DNA of 64,000 bases from an uncultured Nitrososphaeraceae archaeon (GCA_963825865.1 CAWGVG010000029.1:96001-160000), one strand, 5' to 3'. Numbered from the stretch's first letter, positions 43,803-54,948 are shown. Numbers and translations: made by a program. Notes: a model not told the origin generated them from the sequence alone.

Positions 43803-44815
43803 TCACTTATTATTAACCTTATTATCTTGCTGATTTGAACTGTCAAAACTGTTATTTGGAAGTTTATTTAGTGGTGCATTGGTAATACCCATCCAATAAT
43901 AGATTACAGATCCTTGCCATTTGATCCTAAAAACTGCGAATGTCGAATTCTTCACTTTTTGTAGAAAATTTATGAACTCATCATCACTTAGAAGTATGTG
44001 GATATTTTTAATTGCTCGGGCCGCCCAATGGTCGTCGTCAGCAGCAGGTATTGTTAGGTCAATACAATCCTTGGGGGGATTTGGTACTTTAATTGCATAA
44101 AGATAATTTTTATTTTTCGTCCAGTTATTTACCACTAATTCCTTCAGCCATAAAATGAGTGGAGTTTCCAATTTCTTAAGTTGAATGGACTTGTCTATGG
44201 GATTATTATTATTATGTTGATGAATTTCCACTATTCTTTTGGGATCACATATGTGACTCATTTTGAGTATTCCTCCTTTTCCAACATATTTTGAAAAACG
44301 GACTTCTTCTACTTCTATATCCAGGCAATCGTTGCATACCATCCCCCTATAGCCTAAAATGTCCTTAGGATCAATCGTGGTTGATGGCTTATGATATTCC
44401 TAGAATCACCACTGTTAAATGTTGCTCGCTGATGGCGTATGTAGTATCTGCTGCCTGCAATATTATGCTGTTGTTGATGTGAAACAGGACGAGATACTTG
44501 GCTTAACAAATTCTTAAATTCGACTGCTTTCCGAAGTGGTTCAAGAAGACGGTCGACAAAATCATATGCTTTGTATGGAGAGTTCTTCTGTTTTTGATGC
44601 GGAAAGGACATCGAGAACGGATGCGGAGTAGGAGGAAGATGATAAGACAGAGGAAAATGGGGAATTTGTGGATTCATCTTTGTAAGATATTGTATTGTAT
44701 GTTGGTCGCTGACAGGCTGGCCAAATCCATTATGGCTTCTTTCTAGATGGCGTAGTACATTCCAGTGCCTTGAAGATGACATCTCGCAATTAGGACATCT
44801 CCATTGCGTTTTCAT
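43803..44815 (-). CDS. Hypothetical protein(s) with N-terminal C2H2 Zn finger and a CxxC domain; probably one frameshifted gene
   Basis: WRCPNC..SSRHWNVLRHLERSH in 44354..44815; MVCNDC...HIC in 43803..44342; only an 11-nt gap. Confidence 0.65.
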
Positions 44816-45086
44816 TGATGTCTGCTTCCTATGTGGGGCCTAAACACCTGCTCCGGAGTAACTTGGAGTCACTCCGTCTAAGGAATCATGGTAATACATT
44901 ATAGAATATTTATCGAAAAAGTCATATATATATTGTTTCTAGGTTAATGTGATAGAACATTAGGGAGGGGGCGATGAATAATAAAAATAAGATTAAAAAA
45001 ATTAACATTATTCCTTGACTATGTTATAATTTAACACAACAATAGAATTAAAGGGAGCTTCATCTTCTGCAAATTAAAGCATATGT

Positions 45087-46574
45087 TTGAGGACGTTCTA
45101 TAAGAAGATGAGCAGTTATGAAGATATAATGAAACTTGCCCTAGAAAGGGGTTTTTACTTCCCAAGTTGTGAAATTTATGCCGATGCTCCAGCGGGATTC
45201 TGGGAGTATGGTCCAACAGGAGTCAGCATGAAGAACAAGTTCATTGAGCTATGGAGAAGGGAACTTGTGAGACGGGACGGAATGATTGAAATTGATGGCT
45301 CTCAAATTATGAGCAAGAGTGTTTTTGTTGCTTCTGGACACATTGGCAACTTTACAGATCCTATTATCAAATGTATTAAATGCAATTCGACTTTTAGAGC
45401 TGACAGATATATAATAGAAAAGACTGGCGAGAACGTTCCCGAAAGGATGTCTGACGAAGAGATGAATGCAATTATCAAGAAACATGAGTTGAAGTGTTCA
45501 AATTGTGATGGAGAATTTGGTAGCGTTAGTCGATTTAATATGATGTTTAAAGTCGGAATTGGTCCTGCTTCAGAAGAGGCATATCTTAGACCAGAAACCT
45601 GCCAGACAATATTTGTTGATTTTGCTCGAATTTTCAAAACTATGCGAGGTAAATTACCCTTAGGAATAGCCCAAGTTGGCAAAAGTTTTAGAAACGAAAT
45701 AGCCCCAAGGCAGAGTCTGCTGAGACTAAGAGAATTTTATCAGGCAGAGATTGAAGTGTTTTGCAATCCTAGTAAATTAAATAATCTGGCAAGGTTTGAA
45801 GAAGTTAAAGATGTTGTATTAAGATTTTATGACCAAGAATCAATTATTGAAGTAACAGCAGCTGAAGCTATAGCAAAGGGCCTATTACCAAACACGCTAG
45901 TTGGATATTATCTTGCTCTTTTAAGTGAATTCTATGCAAAAACTGGGATAGATATGCGACGAACTCGTTTGAGACGGTTATCTGACATCGAAAAGGCGTT
46001 CTACGCGTCAATTGCATTTGATTATGAAGCTGAAACAAGTATAGGGTGGTTGGAACTTGTTGCATGTAATTATCGATCAGATTATGACCTCAAACAGCAT
46101 GCTGCTACAAGTAGACAGAATCTCCAAGTAATTGACTCTTCTGATCAGACAAAGGTCTTGCCGCACATCTTTGAGCTTTCAATGGGGATTGATAGAAGTA
46201 TTTATGCGATTTTGGAACATTCTTACTATGAGGATAGAGAACATGATGATAGAATTGTGTTAAAGCTCAAACCTTACCTTGCTCCAATGCTTGTCGGAGT
46301 GCTTCCTCTCATGACAAAACAAGGATTAGGGGAAAAGGCGCAAAAAATTTATTCTAATCTTAAAAGGGAATTTGATATTTTTTATGACGAATCAGGATCA
46401 ATAGGTCGAAGATATAGAAGATTGGAGGAAATCGGGGTGCCTTTTGCAGTAACAATTGATAAAATAACAATGGAAGATGATACTGTTACAGTTAGATATA
46501 GAGATACAATGCAGCAGGAAAGAATTAAAGTGTCTGAATTACAGCAGTTTTTGCAAAACGCTCTTCAAATGTGA
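45087..46574 (+). CDS. glyS: Glycine-tRNA ligase (start probably ~45108)
   Basis: YLRPETCQ, GKSFRNEIAPR, RLREFYQAE, ELSMGIDR, anticodon domain SGSIGRRYRR. Confidence 0.97.
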   Translation: MRTFYKKMSSYEDIMKLALERGFYFPSCEIYADAPAGFWEYGPTGVSMKNKFIELWRRELVRRDGMIEIDGSQIMSKSVFVASGHIGNFTDPIIKCIKCNSTFRADRYIIEKTGENVPERMSDEEMNAIIKKHELKCSNCDGEFGSVSRFNMMFKVGIGPASEEAYLRPETCQTIFVDFARIFKTMRGKLPLGIAQVGKSFRNEIAPRQSLLRLREFYQAEIEVFCNPSKLNNLARFEEVKDVVLRFYDQESIIEVTAAEAIAKGLLPNTLVGYYLALLSEFYAKTGIDMRRTRLRRLSDIEKAFYASIAFDYEAETSIGWLELVACNYRSDYDLKQHAATSRQNLQVIDSSDQTKVLPHIFELSMGIDRSIYAILEHSYYEDREHDDRIVLKLKPYLAPMLVGVLPLMTKQGLGEKAQKIYSNLKREFDIFYDESGSIGRRYRRLEEIGVPFAVTIDKITMEDDTVTVRYRDTMQQERIKVSELQQFLQNALQM

Positions 46575-46918
46575 ATAGGCTCGCTGGATTTAACAATAAT
46601 AAAGAAACAAGAATATACTTCTGAGACTCCGATATTGATGGATATATACATTCATAATGTAGAAGAATAGTGTCGCAAGACCTGGAGATATATGAAATGT
46701 ATCTCCCAAACTTCTTGGAGCTTAAGTGTGACTATGATGTCAACTTTCACAGGTCGCACTGGATGATAACATACCTAGAAAAGGAAATGCTAACCCTTAC
46801 TAACATTAATCCGCTCCATATAACCTAAACAATTTCGAGAATTACTAGTAGTAGTTAGTAGAAAGGCATTATCCGCAAGAGTTTAATCTGAAAAACTATA
46901 ACAATACTATAGTATATT

Positions 46919-47335
46919 TTGAGTGAAAATCGAAAACAGAGAAAGGTCCAGGAGAAGAAACCTACGCTCAACGAAGATAGGATTTTGCCATCTGAAAAAT
47001 GGCTTGTAGCATTTAAGAACCCTAATTCAAAGAAGAAGCCAGAAGCATTTGTTTTTATAAGACAGTTTTATGCACCTGGTTTTTATGAAGCATATGATAC
47101 GGTTGCAACCTATGCAGAGAAGTTAAAACTCCACATTTTGTGGTTCAAAGAAAAACGGAACTGTGGTTATACGTATATCAATCGCAATTATCCTCAATTA
47201 GAATCCTTTTGTACTTATTGTAATAATAAATTCAATCATATTGATCCTATTCCATGTTCAAAAGAGGATTGTCATGCAGAGTTTTGTTCAAAGGAATGCG
47301 TGATAGATCATTATAAAATGAGACACAAAAAATAA
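46919..47335 (+). CDS. Hypothetical protein with C-terminal Zn finger
   Basis: CTYC...C...C.AEFCSKEC..DH. Confidence 0.75.
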   Translation: MSENRKQRKVQEKKPTLNEDRILPSEKWLVAFKNPNSKKKPEAFVFIRQFYAPGFYEAYDTVATYAEKLKLHILWFKEKRNCGYTYINRNYPQLESFCTYCNNKFNHIDPIPCSKEDCHAEFCSKECVIDHYKMRHKK

Positions 47336-47608
47336 GGAAATGATTAAGTTTTGCAGAAATTTGATAATTTCAAGATATCCCAAATAATCTGTCATTGAAT
47401 CCTTCTTTGGCAAATTCCTAACAACAATACAATGATAAGTTATTGACTATGAAAGATATAGATGAAATTCTTCCATTTTCATTTTCCTGCTCTTATTATG
47501 TATGGTATATTAGGTAATCTCCAGTCATAATTCAATTTAAATTAGCGGAGCAGTCACAATTAAGTTAATATTTAAAATGCAGAATTAATTCATAATATAA
47601 TGAATTGA

Positions 47609-47848
47609 GTGAAAGCAAGATGTGGTCATGCCATAGAGAAGTCCCATGCACAAAACTCATGGCGCATATGCAGAAAGTGTCATTCTAACTCAGTTCCTAC
47701 TAGAACTAGAAGGAAAATATGGAGAGAATGCATTAATAGAGTATTGGTATGCAATGATACTAGTTATCTATCAAATACTAAAGAGGACGTAAAGTGTTTC
47801 ACGGATCATTTAATTGACTTTTGTCAGCGAAAATTAATTGAATTTTAA
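47609..47848 (+). CDS. Small Cys/His-rich hypothetical protein
   Basis: ARCGH...WRICRKC. Confidence 0.45.
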   Translation: MKARCGHAIEKSHAQNSWRICRKCHSNSVPTRTRRKIWRECINRVLVCNDTSYLSNTKEDVKCFTDHLIDFCQRKLIEF

Positions 47849-48131
47849 TTAAAGTGGAGTTATATAAAGAAGATGCTATACACGTTGCATTCACTACAAG
47901 AACCATTTAATTCAGAAGCTTTAAGATGATCAACATTTGCTCAGATAGTGGTAGCACACACGTACGGTTGATTTATATTCATTCATCCATCTACTTTGAT
48001 CTATTATCCATTGATCCACTTTTTATTTCTTTGAACAACACTTCTTCTATTATTAGTTATTCTCTATTTTACTATATCATGTCGACACTATAACCAATAA
48101 TACTTTGGCAAACCATTTCTGATCATATCCT

Positions 48132-48995
48132 GTGGCTACTAAAGATGATGACGAAGACGACGACAAGAAGGATCCTTTCTCTGACTGGACAGTTCTTATA
48201 CACAAACCAGTGTACTCTGTTGACGAAAAAAAGCTTGGATTTCTTAGAAAAACATCCTCAGATTATATGGTCGTAGGACGAGGACTCGTCAACTTAACAA
48301 AGTATTTTATCCCAAAGTCCCTTGCTGAGTCGGTTAGCAAAAAAGGTATAAAATTAAAGATTACAGCCTATGAAGCACATTCAAAGTATTCCTATGCAAA
48401 AATGAAAAATTTCCTTTCTACTTATGGATTCATTTCAAGGTATAATGTAGAACATAGGATATTCTATGATAGATTCCAGACTCTAAAACACAGTACTACT
48501 AGGAATAGATTAGCAGCAGGAGTTGCATTTGTTTCAGGAATTCTCCTTTTGATTTCAGGATACAAGGCAACCTTGACAATTTATAGTTTAGTTCAACAAG
48601 AAATTATGATGCACACTTCCACACAATTTTGGATGTTGATATTGGTCCCAGTTGGAACTCTATCTATATTAAGCCAGCTTGGAGGCATTACTGTACTTAT
48701 GGGAGCAGCATTGTTTGCTGCAAAAAGAGTAAACATTGGGAAGTTTTTGCTATCAGTTGGAACAGGTCAAGGATTACTCACTATTGCCTTTCACATTGCG
48801 TCTGAGATATCATCTGGTAGGCTACTGGCAGTTGGAAATAACTATATTGTATGGCTAACATCATCAGTGGCAGGACTAGGAATACTATTTGCAGTGATAG
48901 CTCAATCGCTCTCAAAAGGAAAAGGTGATAGTATTATCTCAAGGGCAGTAAGTTTTGTATTAAGAAAGAATAAAGAAAAAACAAAAGAAGATTAA
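48132..48995 (+). CDS. Membrane protein with an N-terminal PRC-barrel-like domain
   Basis: LIHKPVYSVDEKKLG...YFIPKS then about four TM helices. Confidence 0.7.
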   Translation: MATKDDDEDDDKKDPFSDWTVLIHKPVYSVDEKKLGFLRKTSSDYMVVGRGLVNLTKYFIPKSLAESVSKKGIKLKITAYEAHSKYSYAKMKNFLSTYGFISRYNVEHRIFYDRFQTLKHSTTRNRLAAGVAFVSGILLLISGYKATLTIYSLVQQEIMMHTSTQFWMLILVPVGTLSILSQLGGITVLMGAALFAAKRVNIGKFLLSVGTGQGLLTIAFHIASEISSGRLLAVGNNYIVWLTSSVAGLGILFAVIAQSLSKGKGDSIISRAVSFVLRKNKEKTKED

Positions 48996-49166
48996 AAAAA
49001 TAGCGTAGTGCAAGGACTGGTTCAATGTATGGCTTATTGTTTTTTCATCATCATAATCTCTGCCGGATATCTTTTGTTCTTTAGTTTTTATTGCAACTGC
49101 TAGCTCTGCTGCTGTTATATCAATTTTCAATAGGTAAATATCAAGGTAAAAAAATTAACATAAGTA

Positions 49167-49343
49167 ATGAAGACTCTGAGTATTGAAGAGCATACACACA
49201 GAAGGCTTGCCGCTGTGCTTGACGAAATTATGCATTATAAAAAACGCGATATTAATTATGATGACGTTATAAACGAACTAATTGATATTTACCAGGAAAG
49301 TAGATGGGGTCACATTGGATCTGATATTGTTGCTGGTGGCTAG
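49167..49343 (+). CDS. 58-aa ribbon-helix-helix-like protein (below the ORF-track cutoff)
   Basis: MKTLSIEEHTHRRLAAVLDEIMHYKKRDINYDDVINELIDIYQESRWGHIGSDIVAGG*. Confidence 0.7.
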   Translation: MKTLSIEEHTHRRLAAVLDEIMHYKKRDINYDDVINELIDIYQESRWGHIGSDIVAGG

Positions 49344-49633
49344 TCCGCAGGTTAAGGAATAAGGAAATATCTTAATTTGTTATATGTATATATTATCACT
49401 TGTGTAATAAATCCATAATATATAATAATAATTGTAGAAAATATTGTAATCTTTATAGGAAATTGCCTGACAACTATGGTCATCCTACTTTTTAAAAATC
49501 CAACAATCTTTTCCCTTTCCCATGATACCACAATATTCCCGACATTTTCCCTTACAAGTCCGAGAATATATTAAAGAAATAAGAGGTACAACGCCGTATC
49601 ATTTAAAACGTCCTTTTCAGTCTTAGAAAATCT

Positions 49634-49879
49634 GTGAATATTGTAAAAATTATAAAGTCAGACAATGAAATTAAACTGAGCCTTTACGATGATGATACTC
49701 TTAATTTGCTTGAATCAGAATCATTTGCAGATACTTCTACGATAAATTTTTACCTTCAAACACTCCCGAGAAGGCATAAAATTAAAAAAGCACTTTTGAT
49801 AGTGCATGATAAAAATAAGAACTCGGTTAATATGATTATTGCAGAAGATGAGAATTCATTCTTTATAGAGGAAAATTGA
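49634..49879 (+). CDS. Hypothetical protein
   Basis: 81-aa ORF with globular composition and a TATA-like element upstream. Confidence 0.6.
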   Translation: MNIVKIIKSDNEIKLSLYDDDTLNLLESESFADTSTINFYLQTLPRRHKIKKALLIVHDKNKNSVNMIIAEDENSFFIEEN

Positions 49880-50057
49880 CATGACCGTCACCAAACAAGT
49901 TTGAGTTCATTTAAACATGGCTAAGCATAGGTCCAAGACTAGGATAGTAGATATGATATATCCAAAATTCCTGCTGATATCGCAGCCTGAGTGTGGTGAG
50001 TATTAGACGAACCAGGGAGGATATTGAACTTACTTATTTGATAGTGATTCGTTACCG

Positions 50058-50384
50058 TTACCTGGAGAACGTTGTGTTTCTATCATTCTTCTTTATAATT
50101 TTAAGATCTTCTTTGTTTTGTATAAAATTTCTTCTTGCAATGGCTACTTTCATTGCACTATGGCAAATTGGACATTCAGCCCATTGACGACCACCAAAGT
50201 ATTGCCATTCAAAAGCACATTTTTTTGCATAAGTACATTTGATCCAAATACCTCGTCTTGGGCCCTTTATCCAATCATCTTGCAGAGGCTTGCGTGCCCG
50301 GCGGGCGGATCGAGGAGCTCTCTTATTTAGAGATTGGTTATAGGGACCAAAGTAATCCTTCATAGTGTAGATGATATCTTTCAA
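50058..50384 (-). CDS. Basic Zn-ribbon protein
   Basis: WIKCTYAKKC.FEWQY.G...AECPICH. Confidence 0.7.
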   Translation of the reverse strand: MKDIIYTMKDYFGPYNQSLNKRAPRSARRARKPLQDDWIKGPRRGIWIKCTYAKKCAFEWQYFGGRQWAECPICHSAMKVAIARRNFIQNKEDLKIIKKNDRNTTFSR

Positions 50385-50577
50385 TACATTAAATGGTTAC
50401 TAATGATGGCAAAATCCAAAATAAGGTAACTGATTAAAATTGCCTGTTAGTCTATTCCAATGAGTTTATAAACGTGTGAAAATTGATGATTTGTATATTA
50501 TATATATATCTATGGCATTTACTGATTAAGTCAACTTTATCAAATGATTCATTGATTAATGATCAACCAGGAAAGTA

Positions 50578-50788
50578 ATGCAGTGCCAAGCTGAAGGCTT
50601 TGTATCAGATGAAGATTGTAAAGTTGAAAAACTCATTCAGTTTATTACAGCAACCGCATTGAAGACAATATCAAAAACAAATGATGTATAAAGTGTAGTA
50701 AGGTTCTATATGTCATACATGCAAACATTGTAGTGATTGCAATACGAGATATTGTGTCATGTGCGGACGTACATTAACTATTAGATAA
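50578..50788 (+). pseudogene. Frameshifted Cys-rich micro-ORF
   Basis: CIKCSK and ICHTCKHCSDCNTRYCVMCGRTLTIR* in adjacent frames. Confidence 0.45.
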
Positions 50789-50992
50789 GATAGCATTAGA
50801 TAGCATTCTGAATTATTGTAACACATTTATTATATCTCCAAATCTAATTCCTGATACTTCAGCAGGTGTTTTACCAATCCAACCGTAGGGTGATCACATG
50901 TACTCATTTAAATTTGATATCTTGTTAAATCGTAAGATCAATCCCAATAGCTTAAAATTGTCTTTTTGTGAATCAGATATTAATTAAAAACC

Positions 50993-51727
50993 ATGCGTTA
51001 TTATATTAAATGCAAGTTAAATCCTGAACAAAGACAAAGACTAGCCAAATCTATAAGTTCGGGCGCCTTAGCAAAAGGGGAAATATTTTATGAAGGAATG
51101 CAAAATGCATTAAGAGAAGCAACAATAGATGAAAATGATATAGTACATTTTGTTGAGATCTGCTATTGTTTGGAAGGTGGTTTGTATCCTATGGCAATGG
51201 AAATCCCTGTATTGAAGGAAAACTTTGAGGATATTGTGCAAGTAAAGGATGCCCGCCTTAGAGATCAATGTACTATGGAGTGTGAATTCTGTGATTGTAC
51301 ACGATCTATGAAATTGCCCGGCAAACCATTACTAGATGAGCTTCATATTAAAACTAGCGTAAAAGGTAATAATGATAGAGTGGTGAATTTTATTGATAAC
51401 GGCAGAATAAAGCTCAACAGAAAGAAGCAGAAGGAAGGATTAGATGGACTTAGAGGTATCCATGTTGATGACGATAATAATAATAACAATAATCGAAAGA
51501 AAAAACCAGTATTTGCCGGAGCTGCAATCTCTGGATTGTTTGCGATTTTTTATGACAAAAATGATGATGATTATTTCAGAGTAAAGAATATTCCAGATAG
51601 CAAAGAAGCTCGCCAAATATTTGCTAATGCTTTTGGATTGAAAATTAGCGACAGCACAGAAAGTATGAAATCAATAGCAGCAAGAAGCTCGCTTGCACAA
51701 AGCGATAAGCGCTCTAACGTTGTTTAA
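50993..51727 (+). CDS. Hypothetical Cys-motif protein
   Basis: FVEICYC...VKDAR...CTMECEFCDC. Confidence 0.8.
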   Translation: MRYYIKCKLNPEQRQRLAKSISSGALAKGEIFYEGMQNALREATIDENDIVHFVEICYCLEGGLYPMAMEIPVLKENFEDIVQVKDARLRDQCTMECEFCDCTRSMKLPGKPLLDELHIKTSVKGNNDRVVNFIDNGRIKLNRKKQKEGLDGLRGIHVDDDNNNNNNRKKKPVFAGAAISGLFAIFYDKNDDDYFRVKNIPDSKEARQIFANAFGLKISDSTESMKSIAARSSLAQSDKRSNVV

Positions 51728-52051
51728 TGCTATATATGCAATATGATCATTAGATTTCTGCTCACTATACTCATGAACCTGATTTCATTATTATATCTCT
51801 ATGATATTGTATCTAATTTTTACTGACTTTATAAATCCTAACAAAGGTTAAGGATAAGTACTTCTTAAAAGGAATTTTTTATTTGTAGGCTGAATCATTT
51901 CCTGTCAAGACCCATTGTAGCCTCTTTGAAGGTCCCTATGCATATGGCTACTGAGCAAGCCCAGTCACTTCGACCATAAAGTCACCATATACTGATCGTT
52001 CTATCTGCATTTTTAGTACTTTGATCTTAAATTATAAAGGTTTAATATTAA

Positions 52052-52657
52052 TTAGATTGTCTTTTTGTCTATTGTGCAGCTCTTAGTCAGTTTGTTACTT
52101 ATTGAATATAGTGCCCATACCAAAAGAGCTATGGAAACAATACGCAGAGGGGTCTGATAATTTGAGAGAAAGGTCGATGCTGTTACGCCTACTCCACCAA
52201 ATGTGGAAACAAGGAGAAAACCAATTGATGAACAACTTGCACATGTGCTTGAAATCACACTTAAAGTCGAGCCTGAAAAAAATGAACCAACACCTATCTT
52301 CAAACCTCTTGAATGTTTCAATACATATACATTCATGCTTACAATCATCCCCATAAGGACTGCTGTTATACTAGAAATAATGAATCCTAATACTGCATCA
52401 TCAGGTAAATAAAATACAAAGACTGGGGTGAAAAAGAGTAGTTGGTCAAAAACACTAAATATAATCCAGAATATTGACGACACTACTGCTGCCAAAGCAA
52501 TGTATAGCCAATTCGAAAGGAAGACCATTTTTATTATTGAAAAGAAAATAAGGAAAGGTCGTCGCAATAATAATAACAATCCTGTTCTCAGTGAGGTGGA
52601 TGTTCTTATCGATTTACTTTTCTTATTCTCTCTTTCCAATTGCCTTAACCACCTCAA
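52052..52657 (-). CDS. Multi-TM membrane protein with intramembrane CxxC
   Basis: Four to five hydrophobic helices, STCASCS, C-terminal Cys; start overlaps the DsbA stop. Confidence 0.8.
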   Translation of the reverse strand: MRWLRQLERENKKSKSIRTSTSLRTGLLLLLRRPFLIFFSIIKMVFLSNWLYIALAAVVSSIFWIIFSVFDQLLFFTPVFVFYLPDDAVLGFIISSITAVLMGMIVSMNVYVLKHSRGLKIGVGSFFSGSTLSVISSTCASCSSIGFLLVSTFGGVGVTASTFLSNYQTPLRIVSIALLVWALYSISNKLTKSCTIDKKTI

Positions 52658-53478
52658 TCACTTAACTTCTTATCAATTATTGCTTGAAATGAAGGAAAAG
52701 GGTAGGCTCCAAGTAAAGTTTCTGCTTTAGAACCATCACTCCTTTCTATTATGAATGTAGGTGTTCCTTGGAAGCCTGATGAAATTGCAAATGCGTTATC
52801 TTTATCTACAAAGGATTTGTATTTTGCACTATCAAGACAGGAATCAAACTTTTGTATGTTTAATCCGGGTATTTGTGATGATGCTAATTTTTTCAAATTG
52901 TCTACACTAGCCCAACCAGAGTTTTCTTCACCTTGATTTTTGTATAATATGTCATAAAAATTCCAAAACTTTCCTTGGTCATTTGTACATTGTGCCGCCA
53001 TAGCAGCTGTGATTGAATCAGGGCCATGAGTTACAAAATTCTTGAATACCATGTTAACCTTGCCAGTTTGGATGTAGGTTGCATTAATTTTAGGTTCTGT
53101 TTCTTTAGCAAATCTATCACAGAATTTGCATTGAAAGTCTCCAAATTCTACTATTGTAACTGGAGCAGATGGATTGCCTAACAATGGAGAGCTTGAATGA
53201 ATCAGACTTTGAGGCGAAAGATTGATAGAACCTCCTTTTACATTTTCTGAATGATTTATTGCTTGCCTGCTACTCAATTCAGGATTTGTTGATGAAAATC
53301 CATTTTGTACATTTTTATTTTCCTCCTGTGCCCTTTCTTCAGCTGTTTCTTGAGCAGATGCCTTTGTTACAAGGCTTGTAGTTGTTCCAAAAAAAGGAGT
53401 TGTCATAGTGATATATGCCACATGCTAATAATATTATCAATGCAACCAGAACGCAGCAAATTGAAAATCTCTTTGTCA
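52654..53478 (-). CDS. DsbA-family thioredoxin-fold protein (signal peptide in a shifted frame upstream of 53421)
   Basis: LGNPSAPVTIVEFGDFQCKFC, DQGKFW and GTPTF motifs. Confidence 0.92.
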
Positions 53479-53732
53479 TATATTACACTACAATTAAGAA
53501 TGAATTGCAACTATAATAACACTATAACAACGTAGTTACAATGACTTGGAACTGAGTTCCAAATGTGCTTTAATATTTGACTAAATAGAAGAAGATTGTT
53601 GTTATTAAGAACATATGAAAAGAACAAGGAGAAGCGATATGCCTAATAATAGTGATAATAGTAATAATGATAATTACGATTTTTCCTCATCTACCATTTT
53701 AACTAGCAAATACGGCCATGAATCAACTAGGT

Positions 53733-54948
53733 TAATAGCATTGTAAAACGGTCTGTATGTTAATGTTGTAAAGACATTATGATTGAATCAGCAGCTTATT
53801 TTTGTAGTAATAACTTTAGCTGACATGTTATTCTAAGATTTTATGAGACCGACCTATCTCAGAGATATCACTGAAGAAGAAAAGAACAGACTATACGCCA
53901 TGATTGACGACGATAGTAGTAAGGGTGCAGGTTATAGAGCCAAGATTATCCTTCTACGGAATGAAGGATATACGGTACCTGAGATAAGAAGGAAAACCAA
54001 TCATCATGATAATATAACATACGTAAATGGATACACAGATTCAACGGTCATGGTATTATTGATGGCATTGTATCATCATCAAGGAAACATGATCATGATG
54101 CTCTAAATATAACAGATGATATAGAAAACGAGATTGTAAGTATAGCATCGGCTAACCCGAGGGAACTAGGATTGAAATTCTCTACATGGTCATTACGTGT
54201 TCTAGCAGGGTACGTTATGGAAAAGAAAATAGTTGGTAGCATTAGTCATGCTGAAATAAGAAATGTACTTTTAAAACACGGTATTGAGTGGAGACATTCC
54301 AAGATTGTTCTAGGTAGTAAAAGCAAAGGCCCAGATTATGATTTAAAAAAAGCATATTGAAGAGCTGAAGAATAACTCCAATGCATATTCAGGTACTGTT
54401 ATTTCAGGATGAAAAAGGGACCCATAGCAGTATTAAAACATATGGTGGTTCTTCATGGTGTTCTACTCAGACCAAAATAGAACATGATCAGAAAGTAAAA
54501 GGTTTGTTGAACGTGTTTGGCATTTACGATTATACAAACGATAGAATGTTGTTAACGCACTGCTACCAACAACAGAAGAAAAGTAATCAGTTCATCGATT
54601 TCATGAATAAAGTGGATTCAGTCTATGATTCAAGCATCAAAAGAATATTCATGGTACTCTGACAACGCGTCCATAATACACAAATCCAAGAAGACAAGAG
54701 AAGCGTTAGCACACCATCATCCAAGAATAGTGCCTGTGTTCCTTCCTACAAAATCGCCAGAACTCAATATGATAGAGGTAAGATGGATGTGGATGCAAAG
54801 GAAAGCCATCGATAACAGTACATTTGGAAATGAGTCTGATATAGGACAGGCAGTATCGGATTGGACCGAGGATTATAATAACACGCACAAGAACATAACT
54901 AGTCATAGTTTACAGAAAATAACTACGCGTGTGTTTACATAGCTGTTA
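53733..54948 (+). mobile_element. IS630-family insertion sequence with degraded transposase (53843..54942)
   Basis: FSTWSLRVL, FQDEKG, DNAS..H, FLPTKSPELNMIE; imperfect TIRs TAATAGCATTGTAAA / TTTACATAGCTGTTA with TA at both ends; A7 run at ~54345. Confidence 0.88.

Noticed and set aside
46670-46770. Hairpins and ATGATG boxes downstream of glyS as a possible ncRNA or C/D guide
   Set aside because: No correctly placed CTGA D box and only short stems; cannot be supported without covariance data.
50028-50045. ACTTACTTATTTGATAGT resembling the 22-bp att repeat (15/18)
   Set aside because: The left arm is not conserved, and there is no partner or integrase nearby.
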